64,000 bases of DNA. Origin: Squalus acanthias. Lineage: Eukaryota. Of the stretch, positions 11,515-23,476 are shown piece after piece. Where the stretch lies: positions 69,008,001-69,072,000 of the forward strand of contig CM059432.1 of assembly GCA_030390025.1 (NCBI GenBank). The letters run 5' to 3'. How positions within the stretch are numbered: the stretch's first letter is position 1; each line of letters starts with the position of its first letter. Both the position numbers and the translations under genes were made by a program. The notes under the pieces were generated by a model. It searched no databases and was not told the DNA's origin. It saw only the letters and a program-made list of their open reading frames with translations.

Positions 11515-11898
11515 CTTCAGCGAAGTAAAATAGGAAAGACATCAAATAAAATAGAGTCTTGGTTGAAGTTAATTTACATTCAAAATTGGCCAACAATTCA
11601 GTAGCAAAAGGTAAACCTGTTGGCAATTACTTACCTGATACCAGAAACAATTCATGCAGAATGAGATATTTTATGAGCAGTTGTGCACCTAAGTAGTTGT
11701 CTCAAAAGTTTATTCAACCACCCTAAATGTATCATATTTTATTTGGCAGGTGAGTGGTTTTAAATCTGTTACATTTCAAGTTAGTTTGATAAATTTGAAC
11801 ATTTGAATTCTTAACACCATAATGTAATTTTCTTCACTTGTCAATCTGTCCAAATCTAAGATATTTGTAATTTATCAGAATAAAGTTTCTAAGATGAT

Positions 11899-12413
11899 GG
11901 GGTTGACTTTGGGTGGGCGGGGTGAGTGCACTCATTGCCTAAGTTTCCGGCCTGTGGTATTTTAACTCCTGAGCCTCACTTAAATGATGCCAGTCCACTT
12001 CCTGCCTGGAAGGGAGGGGAAGATTGGGCGGCCAAGGGCTGCCGGCCAACTTGCTTATAAGTGGTGGGAGGAGTTTTTGGAAAGATCTTGTCGTAGGGAT
12101 AAGGGGAATGCAAGGGAGTCCTGCTCCTCCTGGCCCCACAAAGGAGATTTTTCATGTACCTAGAGGGTCTCTATTGTTTCTCCCACTAGATGCTGACTTG
12201 CTATAGCCTGATGGGAAAGTCGTGTAGACTTTTCTGCTTAGACCCCAGTTAAGTGAAATAGGGGTCCTATTGACGTCATAGGACTCCGATTAACATTTAT
12301 GCCTGAGGCTTCCACTGGAATCTGATGGACGTCTAGCGGCGTTAAAATTGGAAATTGGCGGGAACTCCTTACCTGCTCCATTCCCACCCAGATTGGAGAG
12401 CTAAAATTCCCCC
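11899..12413. mobile_element. Degenerate Harbinger-type MITE
   Basis: GGGGTTGACTTT...AAAATTCCCCC termini; internal TGACGTCA; resembles ~52510-53203. Confidence 0.55.
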
Positions 12414-13400
12414 AATATTTTTTTACTCTTCCAAATCCTCAGTATCTGCTTAAAGAAAAAACAACATAGAAACAACTTTAATTTTTCTCCCTCTTTGCAA
12501 TTTCATATTTATTTTACATTCCCAGTATGCTTTGCAAAGCAAACTGATTTGCATTTGAGGTGATGGGTGGGTGATCAAAAGATACATTAAACACAAAACA
12601 ATTGGCAGACCTTTGAGGTGATCCCCTAATTGCTTTGCTGCTAAACTGGAAGTTTCAAGTTAAAAATGTGCCACTCTATAGGTTCAAGGTTCAATGCTCC
12701 AATGGGTTCAATATGACACAATATGAGCAAGTCAGCTTTGAGACTTTATTCTGATACATTACAAATCTCTTAGATTTTGGCAAGTCAAGAAAACTACATT
12801 CATGAACTAATGCTAGAAGCCTAGCCTGGCTATTTGGAAACCAAGAGTATTTTTTGTTCATTCTGTGCTGTGTTTTTACCATAAAAAGAAGTGGATTGAG
12901 TAAACAGGGACTTTTCACATTGTTAGCAAGGGTGAGTCTTAGGCTGCCTGCATGCTGAGTGTTTATCATTTCATGTGGAGACAAAGCTGTTATACTAAGC
13001 AATGGAGGCCTATTTTCCTATCAAGAGTTAAGATCCATTCACAAAACACTTCTGGTGCAGACTTTGTAGTATAGATAAGGGATAAGGCTGGTAAATGGCC
13101 AAAAAGCAGTACCTACATGTGTGTGACCAATTCAATTGGATCTAACTCAGCTCAGAAAATTCCAGCTCACATTTGGTAAAAAGTTTGAATCTGAACTTGG
13201 CTCAGAAATAAATGTTGTAGCTGGGTTTCAGTTTGAAGGGCAGAATTTGGACTGATCTGCTACAACCTGAGGTCCCATGTTTGTCCATTAGACTCCCATG
13301 TGCGCAGGCAGAGGTGATCCCGATTTTATCATTGCATCCGAAAGATGCACCACTCCCTCAGTATTGAACTGAAGTGTCAGCCTAGATTATGTACTCAAGA

Positions 13401-13834
13401 AGAGGTTGTCTTATGAGGAAGGTTGAGCAGGTTGGACCTATACTCATTGGAGTTTAGAAGAATGAGAGGGGATCTTATTGAAACATATAAGATTCTGAAG
13501 AGGCTTGACAGGGTAGATGCAGAGAGGATGTTTCCCCTCGTGGGGGAATCTAGAACTAGGGGGCACCCATTTAAAATGGAAATGAGGAGGAATTTCTTCT
13601 CTCAGAGGGTCATGAATCTTTGGAATTCTCTTCCCCAGAGAGCTGTGGAGGCTGGATCATTGAATATATTTAAGGTGGAGATAGACAGATTTTTGAATGG
13701 TAAGGGAGTCAAGGGTTATGGGGAGCGGGCAGGGAAGTGGAGTTGAGGCCAAGATCAGATCAGCCATGATCTTATTGAATGGCAGAGCAGGCTCGAGGGG
13801 CCAAATGACCTACTCCTGCTCCTACATCTTATGT
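13401..13834 (+). mobile_element. CR1 3' fragment inserted in a minus-strand Deu-SINE head (~13330-13910)
   Basis: ORF 13423-13746; SINE sequence resumes on both sides. Confidence 0.9.
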
Positions 13835-16466
13835 AAGTCCATAATGGGACTTGAATCAACAACCTTCTGACTCGGGCAAGACTGCTACCAATTTAGGCAA
13901 GTTGACATTTGAATATTTTCTCCAGTCTTCTTGCTTTTTCTTCTGAGTGATTTAGAATCTGGTGATTCTGAGTGGTGGAAGCTCTCCAGTACTTAGCTTA
14001 AGTGATGGTACTTTGGCCTAGAGAGTGATTGTGGCAGAACATTTAACTGTGAGGGGCATCACAGCAGAGTACACCTTCAACCAACAACAGCAACAATTTG
14101 CAGCTATACCGTAGGATAGAGTATTAATCGAGAAATAATAGGAGCTTGTAACAAAGGTAATGCAATAATCATGGGAGACTTTAATCTTCATATAGACTGG
14201 GCAAATCAAATTGGCAAGAGTAGTCTGCATTCGAGACAGTTTCCTAGAACAATATGTCATGGAACCAACCAGGGAACAGGTTATTTTAGATCTAGTGTTG
14301 TGTAATGAGACAGGGTTAAATAGTAATCTCATAGTAAAGGATCATCTAGGGAAGAGTGATCATAATATGATAGAATTTCACATTAAGTTTGAGAGTGACA
14401 TTCTTAAGTCCAAAACTAGAGTCTTAAACTTAAATAAAGCCAATTATGTAGGTATGAGGGGTGAGTTGGCTAAGGTAGATTGGGAAACTAGATTTAAAGG
14501 TATGATGGTAGATAAGCTGTCAAAAACATTTAAAGAAATATTCCAATATTCTCAACGAATATACATTCCATTGGGAAATAAAAAATCCATCCAACCGTGG
14601 CTAACTAAAGAAGCTACAGATAGTATTAGATTAAAAGAAGAGGCTTATAATGTTGCGAAGAATATTAGTAAGCCCGATGATTGGGAGAGCTTTAGAAACT
14701 AGCAAAGAATGACCAAAACATTGATAAAAAGGGAGAAAATGGAATATGAGAGTAAATTAGCAAGAAATATAAGAACAGATTGTAAGAGCTTCTATAAGTA
14801 TGTAAAAAGGAAGAGAGTAGTAAAAACAAGCATTGGTCCCTTAGAGGCTGAGACAGGAGAACTTATATTGGGGAACAAGGAAATGGCAGTGACCTTAAAT
14901 AAATATTTTGTATCTGTCTTCACAGTAGAAGACACAAAATGTATACCAAAAATAGTGGGGAACCAAGGGGCTAATGAGAGTGAGGAACTTAAAGTAATTA
15001 ATATCAGTAGAGAAAAAGTACTTGGGAAATTAATGGGACTAAAAGCTGACAAATCCCATGGACCTGATGGACTACATCCTAGTGTTCTAAAAGAGGTGGC
15101 TGCAGAGATAGTGGATGCATTGGTTGTGATCTTCCAAAATTCCCTAGATTCTGGATAAGTCCCAATAGGTAGCTAATGTAACCCCGCTATTCAAGAAAGG
15201 AGGGAGCGGAAACAGGGAACTACAGGTCAATTAACCTGACATCAGTCATTGGGAAAATGCTGGGATCCATTATTAAGGAAGTGGTAATGGGGCACTTAGA
15301 AAACCATAATATGATTAGGCAGAGTCAACATGGTTTTATGAAAGGGAAATCATGTTTGACAAATATATTCGAATTTATTGAGGATGTAACTAACAGGATA
15401 GATAACGGGGAACCAGTGGCTGTAGTATATTTGGATTTCCAAAAGACATTCAATAATGTGCCACATAAAAGGTTGTTACACAAGATAAGGACTCATGGGA
15501 TTGGAGCTAATGTATTAGCAAGGATAGAGGATTGGTTAATAGACAGAAAACAGAGAGATGGGATAAATGGGTCATTTTCAGATTGGCAGGCTGTAACTAG
15601 TGGGGTGCCACAAGAATCAGTGCTTGGGCCTCAGCTATTTATAATCTATATTGATGACTTAGATGAAGGGACTGAGTGTAATGTATCCAAGTTTTCTGAT
15701 GATACAAAGCTAGGTGGGAAAGTAAGCTGTGAGGAGGACACGAAAGAGCCTGCAAAGGGATATAGACAGGTTAAGTGAGTGGGCAATAAGGCGGCAGATG
15801 GAGTATAATGTGAGGAAATGTGAGTATATTCACTTTGGTAGGAAGAATAGAAAAACAGAATATTTTTTAAATGGTGAGAAACTATTAAATGTTGGCATTC
15901 AGAGAGATTTAGGTGTCCTCGTACAGGAAACACAGAGGGCTCGAATTTCATCGGGCCGTTGAGGCGGGATTGGAGGCGTGTGGGTGGTTAAAATTGCAAA
16001 AACTGGCGGGCGGGCCCAACCCCGCCTCCATCCCGCCTCCAAGCAATTTTCATTAAATCATGTCTACTGGTCCCATCTCTGTCCCACCTCCAAGAGGCGG
16101 GATAGGCCGTTAAGGCCCTTAACAACCACTTAATTGCCTCTATAATGCCATTTTGATAGGACTTTGTGATTTTAATCCTTTTCCCACGTGAAGCACGCCT
16201 GTTCTGAAACACGACGGTGAAACCTTGCGGTAGCACAATCGGATTGCTGACTATCAGCTGCAGCTCAACCATTAAATAGGAGATTTGATCAGCCATCATT
16301 TGCAGGTGGCAGGACTTTGCTGTCTCAGGTCTGGGGGAACTTTTAGAAGGCATAACTACAGCTGTGGAAGTTTGGAGCCTGACACCCATCTCCAGTGTGA
16401 CCTCCTGGGAAACCCCTCTCACCACCTTGACTGAGCGCTTCCTCAACTGAGGCATATACCAGAAGC

Positions 16467-17765
16467 ATGGGAGCCATTTATTTCCTTCCCTTCTGGACAT
16501 CAGATGAGGACGAAGACCAGCCACGGCACCAGCAGAACCATGAACAGCAGCAGCACCAACAGCAGCAGCACCAACAGCAGCAGCAACAACAGGAGCGCCA
16601 AGCTACTGCTCACCCACCTGAAGCTGCACAGGCCAGAAGGGGCCAGCGCATGGAAGCCCGTCGGCGCAGGAGATACCCCCCAAACAGGGTCTACAGACAC
16701 AGGGTCAGCTATCTCAACATGTCTGAACAGCAGTGCCAAAGGCGGCGCCGACTTTCGCGAGAGGTAGTGGGTGACATCTGCGCAATGCTGCAACAAGACC
16801 TGGAGCCCAGAGGACCAGATGGACAATCCTTACCAGTGGCCGTCAAAGTCACCACCGCACTCAACTTTTTTGCCTCAGGCTCATTCCAGGGATCAGCAGC
16901 AGACATCAGCGACATCTCCCAGGCGGCCACACACAATTGCATCACGCAGGTAACCGATGCCCTCTTCGCCATCGCGCACAATCACATCCATTTCACCAAA
17001 GATCAAGCAAGTGTCACGGCGCGTGCGGTTGGATTAGCTAATCTGGAAGGCTTTCCAAGGGTGCAGGGCATCGTCGACTGCACACATGTTGCCCTTAAAG
17101 CACCCCATTGCAATCCAGGTATTTTTGTCAACCGCAAGGGCTTCCACTCCCTTAACATTCAGCTGGTGTGTGACCACAAGAAGGAAATTTTGCATGTTTG
17201 TGCCAAGTACCCTGGCAGTTGCCATGACTCCTTCATACTGCACCAGTCTAGTGTGCCTCCGCTATTCAGTCCGCCAGACCAACTTAACGGATGGCTACTT
17301 GGAGACAAGGGCTATCCCCTGAAGACGTGGCTAATGATGCCGTTGAGGAGCCCATCCAACGAAGCTGAGGAGAGCTACAACTCCAGCCACATGTCCACCA
17401 GAGCCATAATCGAGCAAACCATCGGTTTGCTGAAGATGCGCTTCAGATGCCTGGATAGATCAGGTGGAGCCCTGCAGTACTCAGCAGCCAGGGTCTCCAG
17501 AATCGTCGTGGTTTGCTGTGCACTTCACAACATGGCACAGCGTCGTGGATTGCAGATTCCTGAGGACCAAGTGGCTCGTCACATATCCTCCTCAGATGAG
17601 GAGGAGGAGGAGGATGAGGAGGAGGAGGAGGAGGAGGAGGAGGAGGAGGAGGAGGAGAGCGAAAACAAACATCTTGCAGAGGCCCATCAACCAGCGGCAG
17701 CAGTACGCAAGAACATTGCTGCCCAGGATGCAAGGAACGCACTCATCTTGGCCAGATTTGCTTAG
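16467..17765 (+). CDS. Harbinger DDE transposase (HARBI1-family fold), 432 aa
   Basis: [42 protein letters not shown]; uninterrupted; N-terminal Q-rich tract and C-terminal poly-E. Confidence 0.95.
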   Translation: MGAIYFLPFWTSDEDEDQPRHQQNHEQQQHQQQQHQQQQQQQERQATAHPPEAAQARRGQRMEARRRRRYPPNRVYRHRVSYLNMSEQQCQRRRRLSREVVGDICAMLQQDLEPRGPDGQSLPVAVKVTTALNFFASGSFQGSAADISDISQAATHNCITQVTDALFAIAHNHIHFTKDQASVTARAVGLANLEGFPRVQGIVDCTHVALKAPHCNPGIFVNRKGFHSLNIQLVCDHKKEILHVCAKYPGSCHDSFILHQSSVPPLFSPPDQLNGWLLGDKGYPLKTWLMMPLRSPSNEAEESYNSSHMSTRAIIEQTIGLLKMRFRCLDRSGGALQYSAARVSRIVVVCCALHNMAQRRGLQIPEDQVARHISSSDEEEEEDEEEEEEEEEEEEEESENKHLAEAHQPAAAVRKNIAAQDARNALILARFA

Positions 17766-18022
17766 CCTAGACAATCAAGCACTTTTGCCTCGCAGCTTCT
17801 TACCTGAGCATCGACAATGGCCAAGAACCAACGGATTCCTAGCAATTTGAACACCATACTGACAATTTCAAGTAATCCTAAGCCCTCAATGTGGAAGTCC
17901 CATTCGCGAAATGACACACGCCACAACTACAGCAGTAGCCATCAGATTTTTTATTTACAGTAATCATCTGATGGCTTTTTAACATAAAACATCAAAATTC
18001 ACCCAAGTGACTACCCTTGTGA

Positions 18023-20006
18023 CTATTTGTGCACTATCTTTCTCTTACGCGTGCTCCTACGTGGTGCTTCCCCTGTGGCTTCAGCAGATGTGGAGGCCCC
18101 GTGCTCACTATCTTGCTGCTCCTGTCTCGACACCTTTGGCGGGCGTCCTCTGGGGTTGCGAACCTGTGAGGGCTCGCCAACAGTCTGCTGCTCCTGCGGC
18201 TGTGCTGGGGTTGAGACGCCGATCTCAGTTGGGTACGGACTCTGGTGGGGCTTTGACCGAGGACTTGTCAGTGGCATGGAAGTGTGAGCGCTTGGAGAGG
18301 AGCCCCCACTTCCTTGTTCTCTGCAAACAACATCCCTCTCATGGGTCAGGTCCACTTCAGCGCTTGCAAGTGGATTGAGAGCACCTTGCTGCACATCAGG
18401 GGGGCCATGGGGACCCGTATCTGCACTGGAAGTCCTACTCAGAAGGACTTCCATGAAGGTCTGGTTTCTGTGTTCAATAGATGACAATCGCTCCTCCAGA
18501 GATGTCATTCTATTCTGAACACTCACCATGTTTTCTGCACTCTGGCGACTTATCTCCTCCATGACCGCAGCCATCCTCTCGTCTACTGTAGCCATCCTTT
18601 CGACGGAGGTTGCCATCATTTGCACGGAGGTTGCCATCCTTTCCGTGGTGATGCGTTCATGCGCCAATGACTCCACAAAGGCTCTGCTCATGTTCGCAAT
18701 GGACTCCTCCATTCGCTCCACACTCACAGCGACCCTGGAGACAAAACCTGCCAGAGACTCCTGCATCTGTTCCTGGAGTTCCAGCACCGCTGATCTTATG
18801 GATGGACCCAGAGGCAGAGGGTCGACATGCAGCTGAGCCGAGATGGGAGAGTCCTGCGCCCTCCGACTAGGACTCTCCACTGCTGTCCCTGTCTTCACTA
18901 TCTGCTGATGCTCACTTGTGAACTGTGATACACCAGGTGACAACACTACTCTATCTCGCGATGTTCCCTCCGAGGTGCAAGTGTCTGCGCTGGTGCTGGG
19001 TGCGCTGAATTCTGCTGACGCTGCACCCTCAGAGGTTGCAGCTTCCTCTGAGGAGTCTTGAGGCTCATGCTCTTCCTCCTGGATAGTGGGGACGGCTGCT
19101 TGCGATGGTCCTGGGGGGGAGTAAAGGAAAGAGTCAGAGATGTGAGGACAAGGTTACATGCACATTGCATATTGCAGATGATCATAAGTCCATCTGTTAG
19201 AGCTTCAGAATCATTATCAGCGACTCATGCAATGTCATTGAGAGAGATGGAAAACTATTCTGTCACCAGCTTGCTGTGATGCGCCCGTCTGTCTGTCCCC
19301 CACTTGGGAATCTTCCTCCACTCCCACCATCTCCAGGACTGCCTCCTCCCAGGTGGTGAGCTGGGCTACTGAGGGTGGCCCTCCTCCTGTCCTCACTCTT
19401 TCCCTCTTATTGTGAGCTCTCTTTTCCTGCAATGAGGGAGACAAGTGGAGTTTGAGTGAGAATGAAGGAGTGAGTGTAGAGAATCCATAGCATAGATGCT
19501 TAGAAGGAGACAAAGATGGAGTGAGGTGGCAAGACCAAGGGCCCTCCCTGTGTGTTGTAAGTTGTAATTGCATCACAGTGATAGGGAGTGTGAGGGCTGC
19601 ATAGTCAAATAGTTAGGTGAATATGACCATAGAGAGAGAGGAAATGGGTAAGGGTGCATGGATGTCAGTGTCAAGTGGGATGTGGAGGAAGAGATTGCTA
19701 AAGCTGAGTGCTGGTGAGGAGAGGCAATGGGGATCAGATTGAGGGTGATGGGAAATTCATACTCACTTTTCCAGTGCGCAGAAGGTCATGAAGCCTCTTC
19801 CTGCACTGAAGCCAGGTTCTGCGGGTTATTGACAAAGAGTTGACCTCCTCTGCCACCTGGATCCACACAGCCTTGGTTTGCTGGGGAGGCTTCCTCCTCC
19901 CTGAAGAAGGGAAGAGCACCTCTTTGTTTGCTCTTGCTCCCTCTACTAAAGCCTGCCGGGCAACGTCATCAAAGCGGGGTGCAGACCTAGGCCTCTGGCT
20001 GGCCAT
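18023..20006 (-). CDS. Harbinger Myb/SANT-like DNA-binding protein, exons 20006-19767, 19426-19267, 19110-18023 (~495 aa)
   Basis: Canonical GT-AG junctions give one open frame; APRF..VWIQVAEEV..TWLQCRKRLHDL; RTGGG; coiled-coil heptads; terminal RRSTRKRK. Confidence 0.88.
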
Positions 20007-20965
20007 TCTTCCTGCAGGTGCCTCAAACATGCAAGGGCAAAAACTTGGCAGTCTGCAGAAGAAGCAAGGCTTGTTGCAGACCTTAAATGCAACAGCAATG
20101 ATGACGTCATCGGAGGCGACTTTCAAACTGGAAAAACTCACTGGCCATGGGTTCCTACACGTTGGAACTCAATTGGCCAATTAGGTTAAAATGGCATCAT
20201 TCTCCCACATCGATTTAGAATCGGGTGGCTAACACAAAATGCGGATTACACGACCCAAGCCTGCCCCAGTATCAAAATCCAGCCCAGAAAGTTGGCATGC
20301 AGGTACAGCAAGCAATTAGGAAGGCAAATGGCATGTAGGCCTTTATTACTTGGGGGTTAGAGTACAAGAGTAAGGAAGTCTTGCTACAATTGTACAGGGC
20401 TTTGGTGAGGCCACACCTGGAGTAATGTGTACAGTTTTGGTCTCCTTATCTAAGGAAGGATATACTTGCCTTCGAGGTGGTTCAATGAAGACTAATCCCT
20501 GGGATGAGAGGGTTGTCTTATGATTGAGTAGATTGGGCCTATACTCTTTGGAATTTAGAAGAATGAGAGGTGATCTCATTGAAAAATATAAGATGCTGAG
20601 GGGGATTGACAGGATAGATGCTGAGAGATTGTTTCCCATGGCTGGAGAGTCCAGAACTCGGGAGCATAGTCTCAGGATAAGGGGTCGGCCTTTTAAGACT
20701 AAGACGAGGAGGAACTAATTCACTCAGAGGGTTGTGACTCTTTGGAATTCTCTGCCCCAAAGGGCTGTGCATGCTGAATCGTTGAGTATATTCACGGTTG
20801 AGATAAATAGATTTTTGGACTCTAGGGGAATCAAGGGATATGGGGATAGGGCAGGAAAGTGGAGTTGAGGTCGAAGATCAGCCATGATCTTATTGAATGG
20901 CGGAACGGGCTCGAGGGGCCGTATGGCCTACTCCTGCTCCTAATTCTTATGTTCTTATGTTCTTA

Positions 20966-21450
20966 CGTTGCATTTATATGGCACCTTTAATGTAATGAAT
21001 GTAGGTATGAGGAAAGTGAATGCCCAGGCAGGGAAGCAGAGATTAGGATGGGGTGACCGAACGTTTGGTTGAAGACATGGGTTGGGAGGAGGTTTTTAAA
21101 GAAGGGAATAAGGTGGCAAGGATGATTTTGGCAGGGGAGTCCAAAGAGTAGGATACATGTGATAGGCCAAAGGAGGGGATATGTACAAAAAGCTGGAGTA
21201 AGAAGAATGGAATATTTCTAGGGGGGAATATAGGGCTAGAGGATATTGCAGAAATAGGGTTGGGCGAGACAATTGAGGGAAAGAAAAATGAGGGTCAGGA
21301 TTTTAAATTTAATGTATTGGGGGACTGGGAGCCAATGAAGGTCAGCTAGTGCTAATGGGTGAGTGGGACTTAGTATCGGACTGGATACTTGTGGCATAGT
21401 TCTGGATAAGTTGTGTTTGTGGCGGGTGGAGGAAAGGAGGTCAGCTGGGG
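20966..21450 (-). mobile_element. Old L2 3' fragment
   Basis: LADLHWLPVPQYIKFKIL. Confidence 0.8.
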
Positions 21451-21945
21451 TGAAGTCCAGCAGGATTCCTCTAGTTAAAGTGCCCCACCAGCTAACAGCA
21501 TAGATTAGAAGTTGAAATTGGGACCTTTGTGGTCTGTATGACTTTGTACTAAACCAGTGAGCCATTCGGGATTCCTGAGGAGCTTAATTTAAAGTGCAGC
21601 AATCATCACAAAAACTGCTTGGCAAACATTTTTCCCATCCGTTACCAAACAAATGATATTGAAACACATCATGACATCAATTGTATGTGATGTGATGATG
21701 AAAATTATGTTCAGTTCTTTCCCTCCCCAAACATAAAAAAATTACCAAACTACACATTTTCATTAAGAGAGTGTCCACTTAAACTGAGATAGTTGCTGAG
21801 AATATTAGCAACAAATGCCTATTGGAGTATAACGAGTGGATTTTCTATGGCATTGCTCATAGTTAGCTGTTTTATAATAATAATTATATCATGTAACACA
21901 CAATGGATTATGCTACTACTAAGGTGCCATTGTCTTTAGCCTTAC

Positions 21946-21975
21946 CTGTTCCTTTAAGGATTCAAAGTCTAATTG
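21946..21975 (-). CDS. Candidate 30-nt host exon (QLDFESLKEQ)
   Basis: CTTACAG acceptor, CAG|GTAAGG donor; only phase 0 is open, matching exon 26317-26393. Confidence 0.45.
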
Positions 21976-22592
21976 CTGTAAGGTCAATTAAATGCAAATT
22001 ACTGTTGATGCCAACCAACATTGTCAGCAGTTCCCTATGTATCCATCACTTCTCTTGACCCCATGAACACATCATGTTGTCAGGCTGCCTGTCTGATATC
22101 AAGTCTTGGATGAATTGCAACTTTCAGCTGAACATTGGAAAGACCAAAGTCATCATTTTCCACGCCAACTAAAAACTCTGTTACCAGCGTGGCATGTCAG
22201 TTTGTCTCAGTTGCTAGTACTCTCACCTCTAGAACACTAGGTTGAGGGTTGAAGCTTGCACACATATAACCTAAGGTGTTGTCCCATGGATGATATGTTA
22301 AATTAAACGCTGCCTACCTGCTCATGTGGGTACTTAAAGATGGAAAGATGAAATCAAGCAGCCTGAAATCTGCTTTCACTCAGCCTATCTTGTGAATAGA
22401 AATGGCCTACATTTCACAGTTCAGCCTTGTCTGCCAATGCTTGAATACTTTCACTGTTGCTTATCTGAAGGTGCTGAATGATGCTGGGCTTATAGTTCTA
22501 CAAGTACTGGCTACTCTCTTATACCTCACCAAATGGCTGACAATGAGTGTTGCGAGGCTATTTGACACTGGGACAGACCTGAGCCTGATCAT

Positions 22593-23476
22593 GGGCCATA
22601 ATTTGCAAGGTGTGTGCGCACCCGTAAGAGCTGCACAAGTTCTGGGTTTAGGCATGCGAAGCGCATGCACGAAAACCCGGAACTTGCGATCTGTCAAGAA
22701 TCTTCTTGACAGATCATTCGCATCCCCAGGAAAAGGGCATTCGCGGGTGGAGAGTTCCGCCCAGCGAATGCCCGTGAAATTCTTACGCCTGGTAAAAGCA
22801 GGCGTAAGGCCTGTTTTTACACCAGCGTAAGAGTTTAAAAAAACATTAAAATAAATTTTATCAATCATTTATGTGTTAAAAACCCTGTGCAATAAGGTAA
22901 GTTTATTTTTACGATAGCAAAATACTGCAGATGCTGGAAATCCAAAATAACAACAGAAAACGCTGGAAAAACTCAGCAGGCGAGGCAGCATCCGTGGAGA
23001 GAGAAACAGAGTTAACGTTTCAGGTCGAAGACCTTTCATCAGAACTGTTTAAGTTTATTTTTAGCCCTGTTAAAACACTTAAATTTATTTTTCAAAAGAT
23101 TAAATTTTTGTTTTAAATATTTAATTAAATGCCATTTTAATTCATTTTAAATATGTAATTTAAAAAAATGTATTTGAAGTGTAGATGTATTTTTTGGGGT
23201 ATTCTCATTCACGCTTATGGGGTTTTCGTACATATGGAACCTCCATAATCATGAATGGGGCTTCTCTTCTTTTATAGGTTGAGCTGGCCATCGTGATCCT
23301 GGGGCGCTTGCGAACCGCCTGCCCCCCTGGGATACGTGGGCCTTTACCCTCGCATACCTGGAGAGGCCCAGGACCGCGAGTCTCCGTACCTCCCGGACCA
23401 CCAGGTAGGCGGGCCATTTTATTTGCGGATCGGAGGCATTTCCCTGCAGGAAGCCTCTGACCGCAAATTCAGGGCC
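22593..23476 (-). mobile_element. Harbinger-type MITE distantly related to 24919-25663
   Basis: GGCCATAATTTGC / GCAAATTCAGGGCC termini; GC-rich ends with an AT-rich core. Confidence 0.75.
22912..23049 (-). mobile_element. Solo Penelope pLTR fragment with hammerhead motif
   Basis: Minus strand CTGATGA-AGGTC ttc GACCT-GAAACGTTA; 14-bp TSD TAAGTTTATTTTTA (22898-22911, 23050-23063). Confidence 0.85.

Larger units (their letters stand above)
15937..20285. mobile_element. PIF/Harbinger transposon B, apparently intact and autonomous
   Basis: TIRs GGGCTCGAATTTCAT / ATCAAAATCCAGCCC; AGA TSD (15934-15936, 20286-20288); two open convergent genes. Confidence 0.96.
14110..20965 (+). mobile_element. CR1 LINE (endonuclease C-terminus, RT, 3' tail) split by Harbinger B
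   Basis: IIMGDFN, SDHN, YLDFQK, FSDD; LVQETQ continues as KVGMQ after 20288; TTCTTATG tail. Confidence 0.95.

Noticed and set aside
16467..17765. Domesticated HARBI1 gene
   Set aside because: Flanked by TIRs and a TSD, paired with a Myb ORF and inserted in a CR1, so it is a transposon copy
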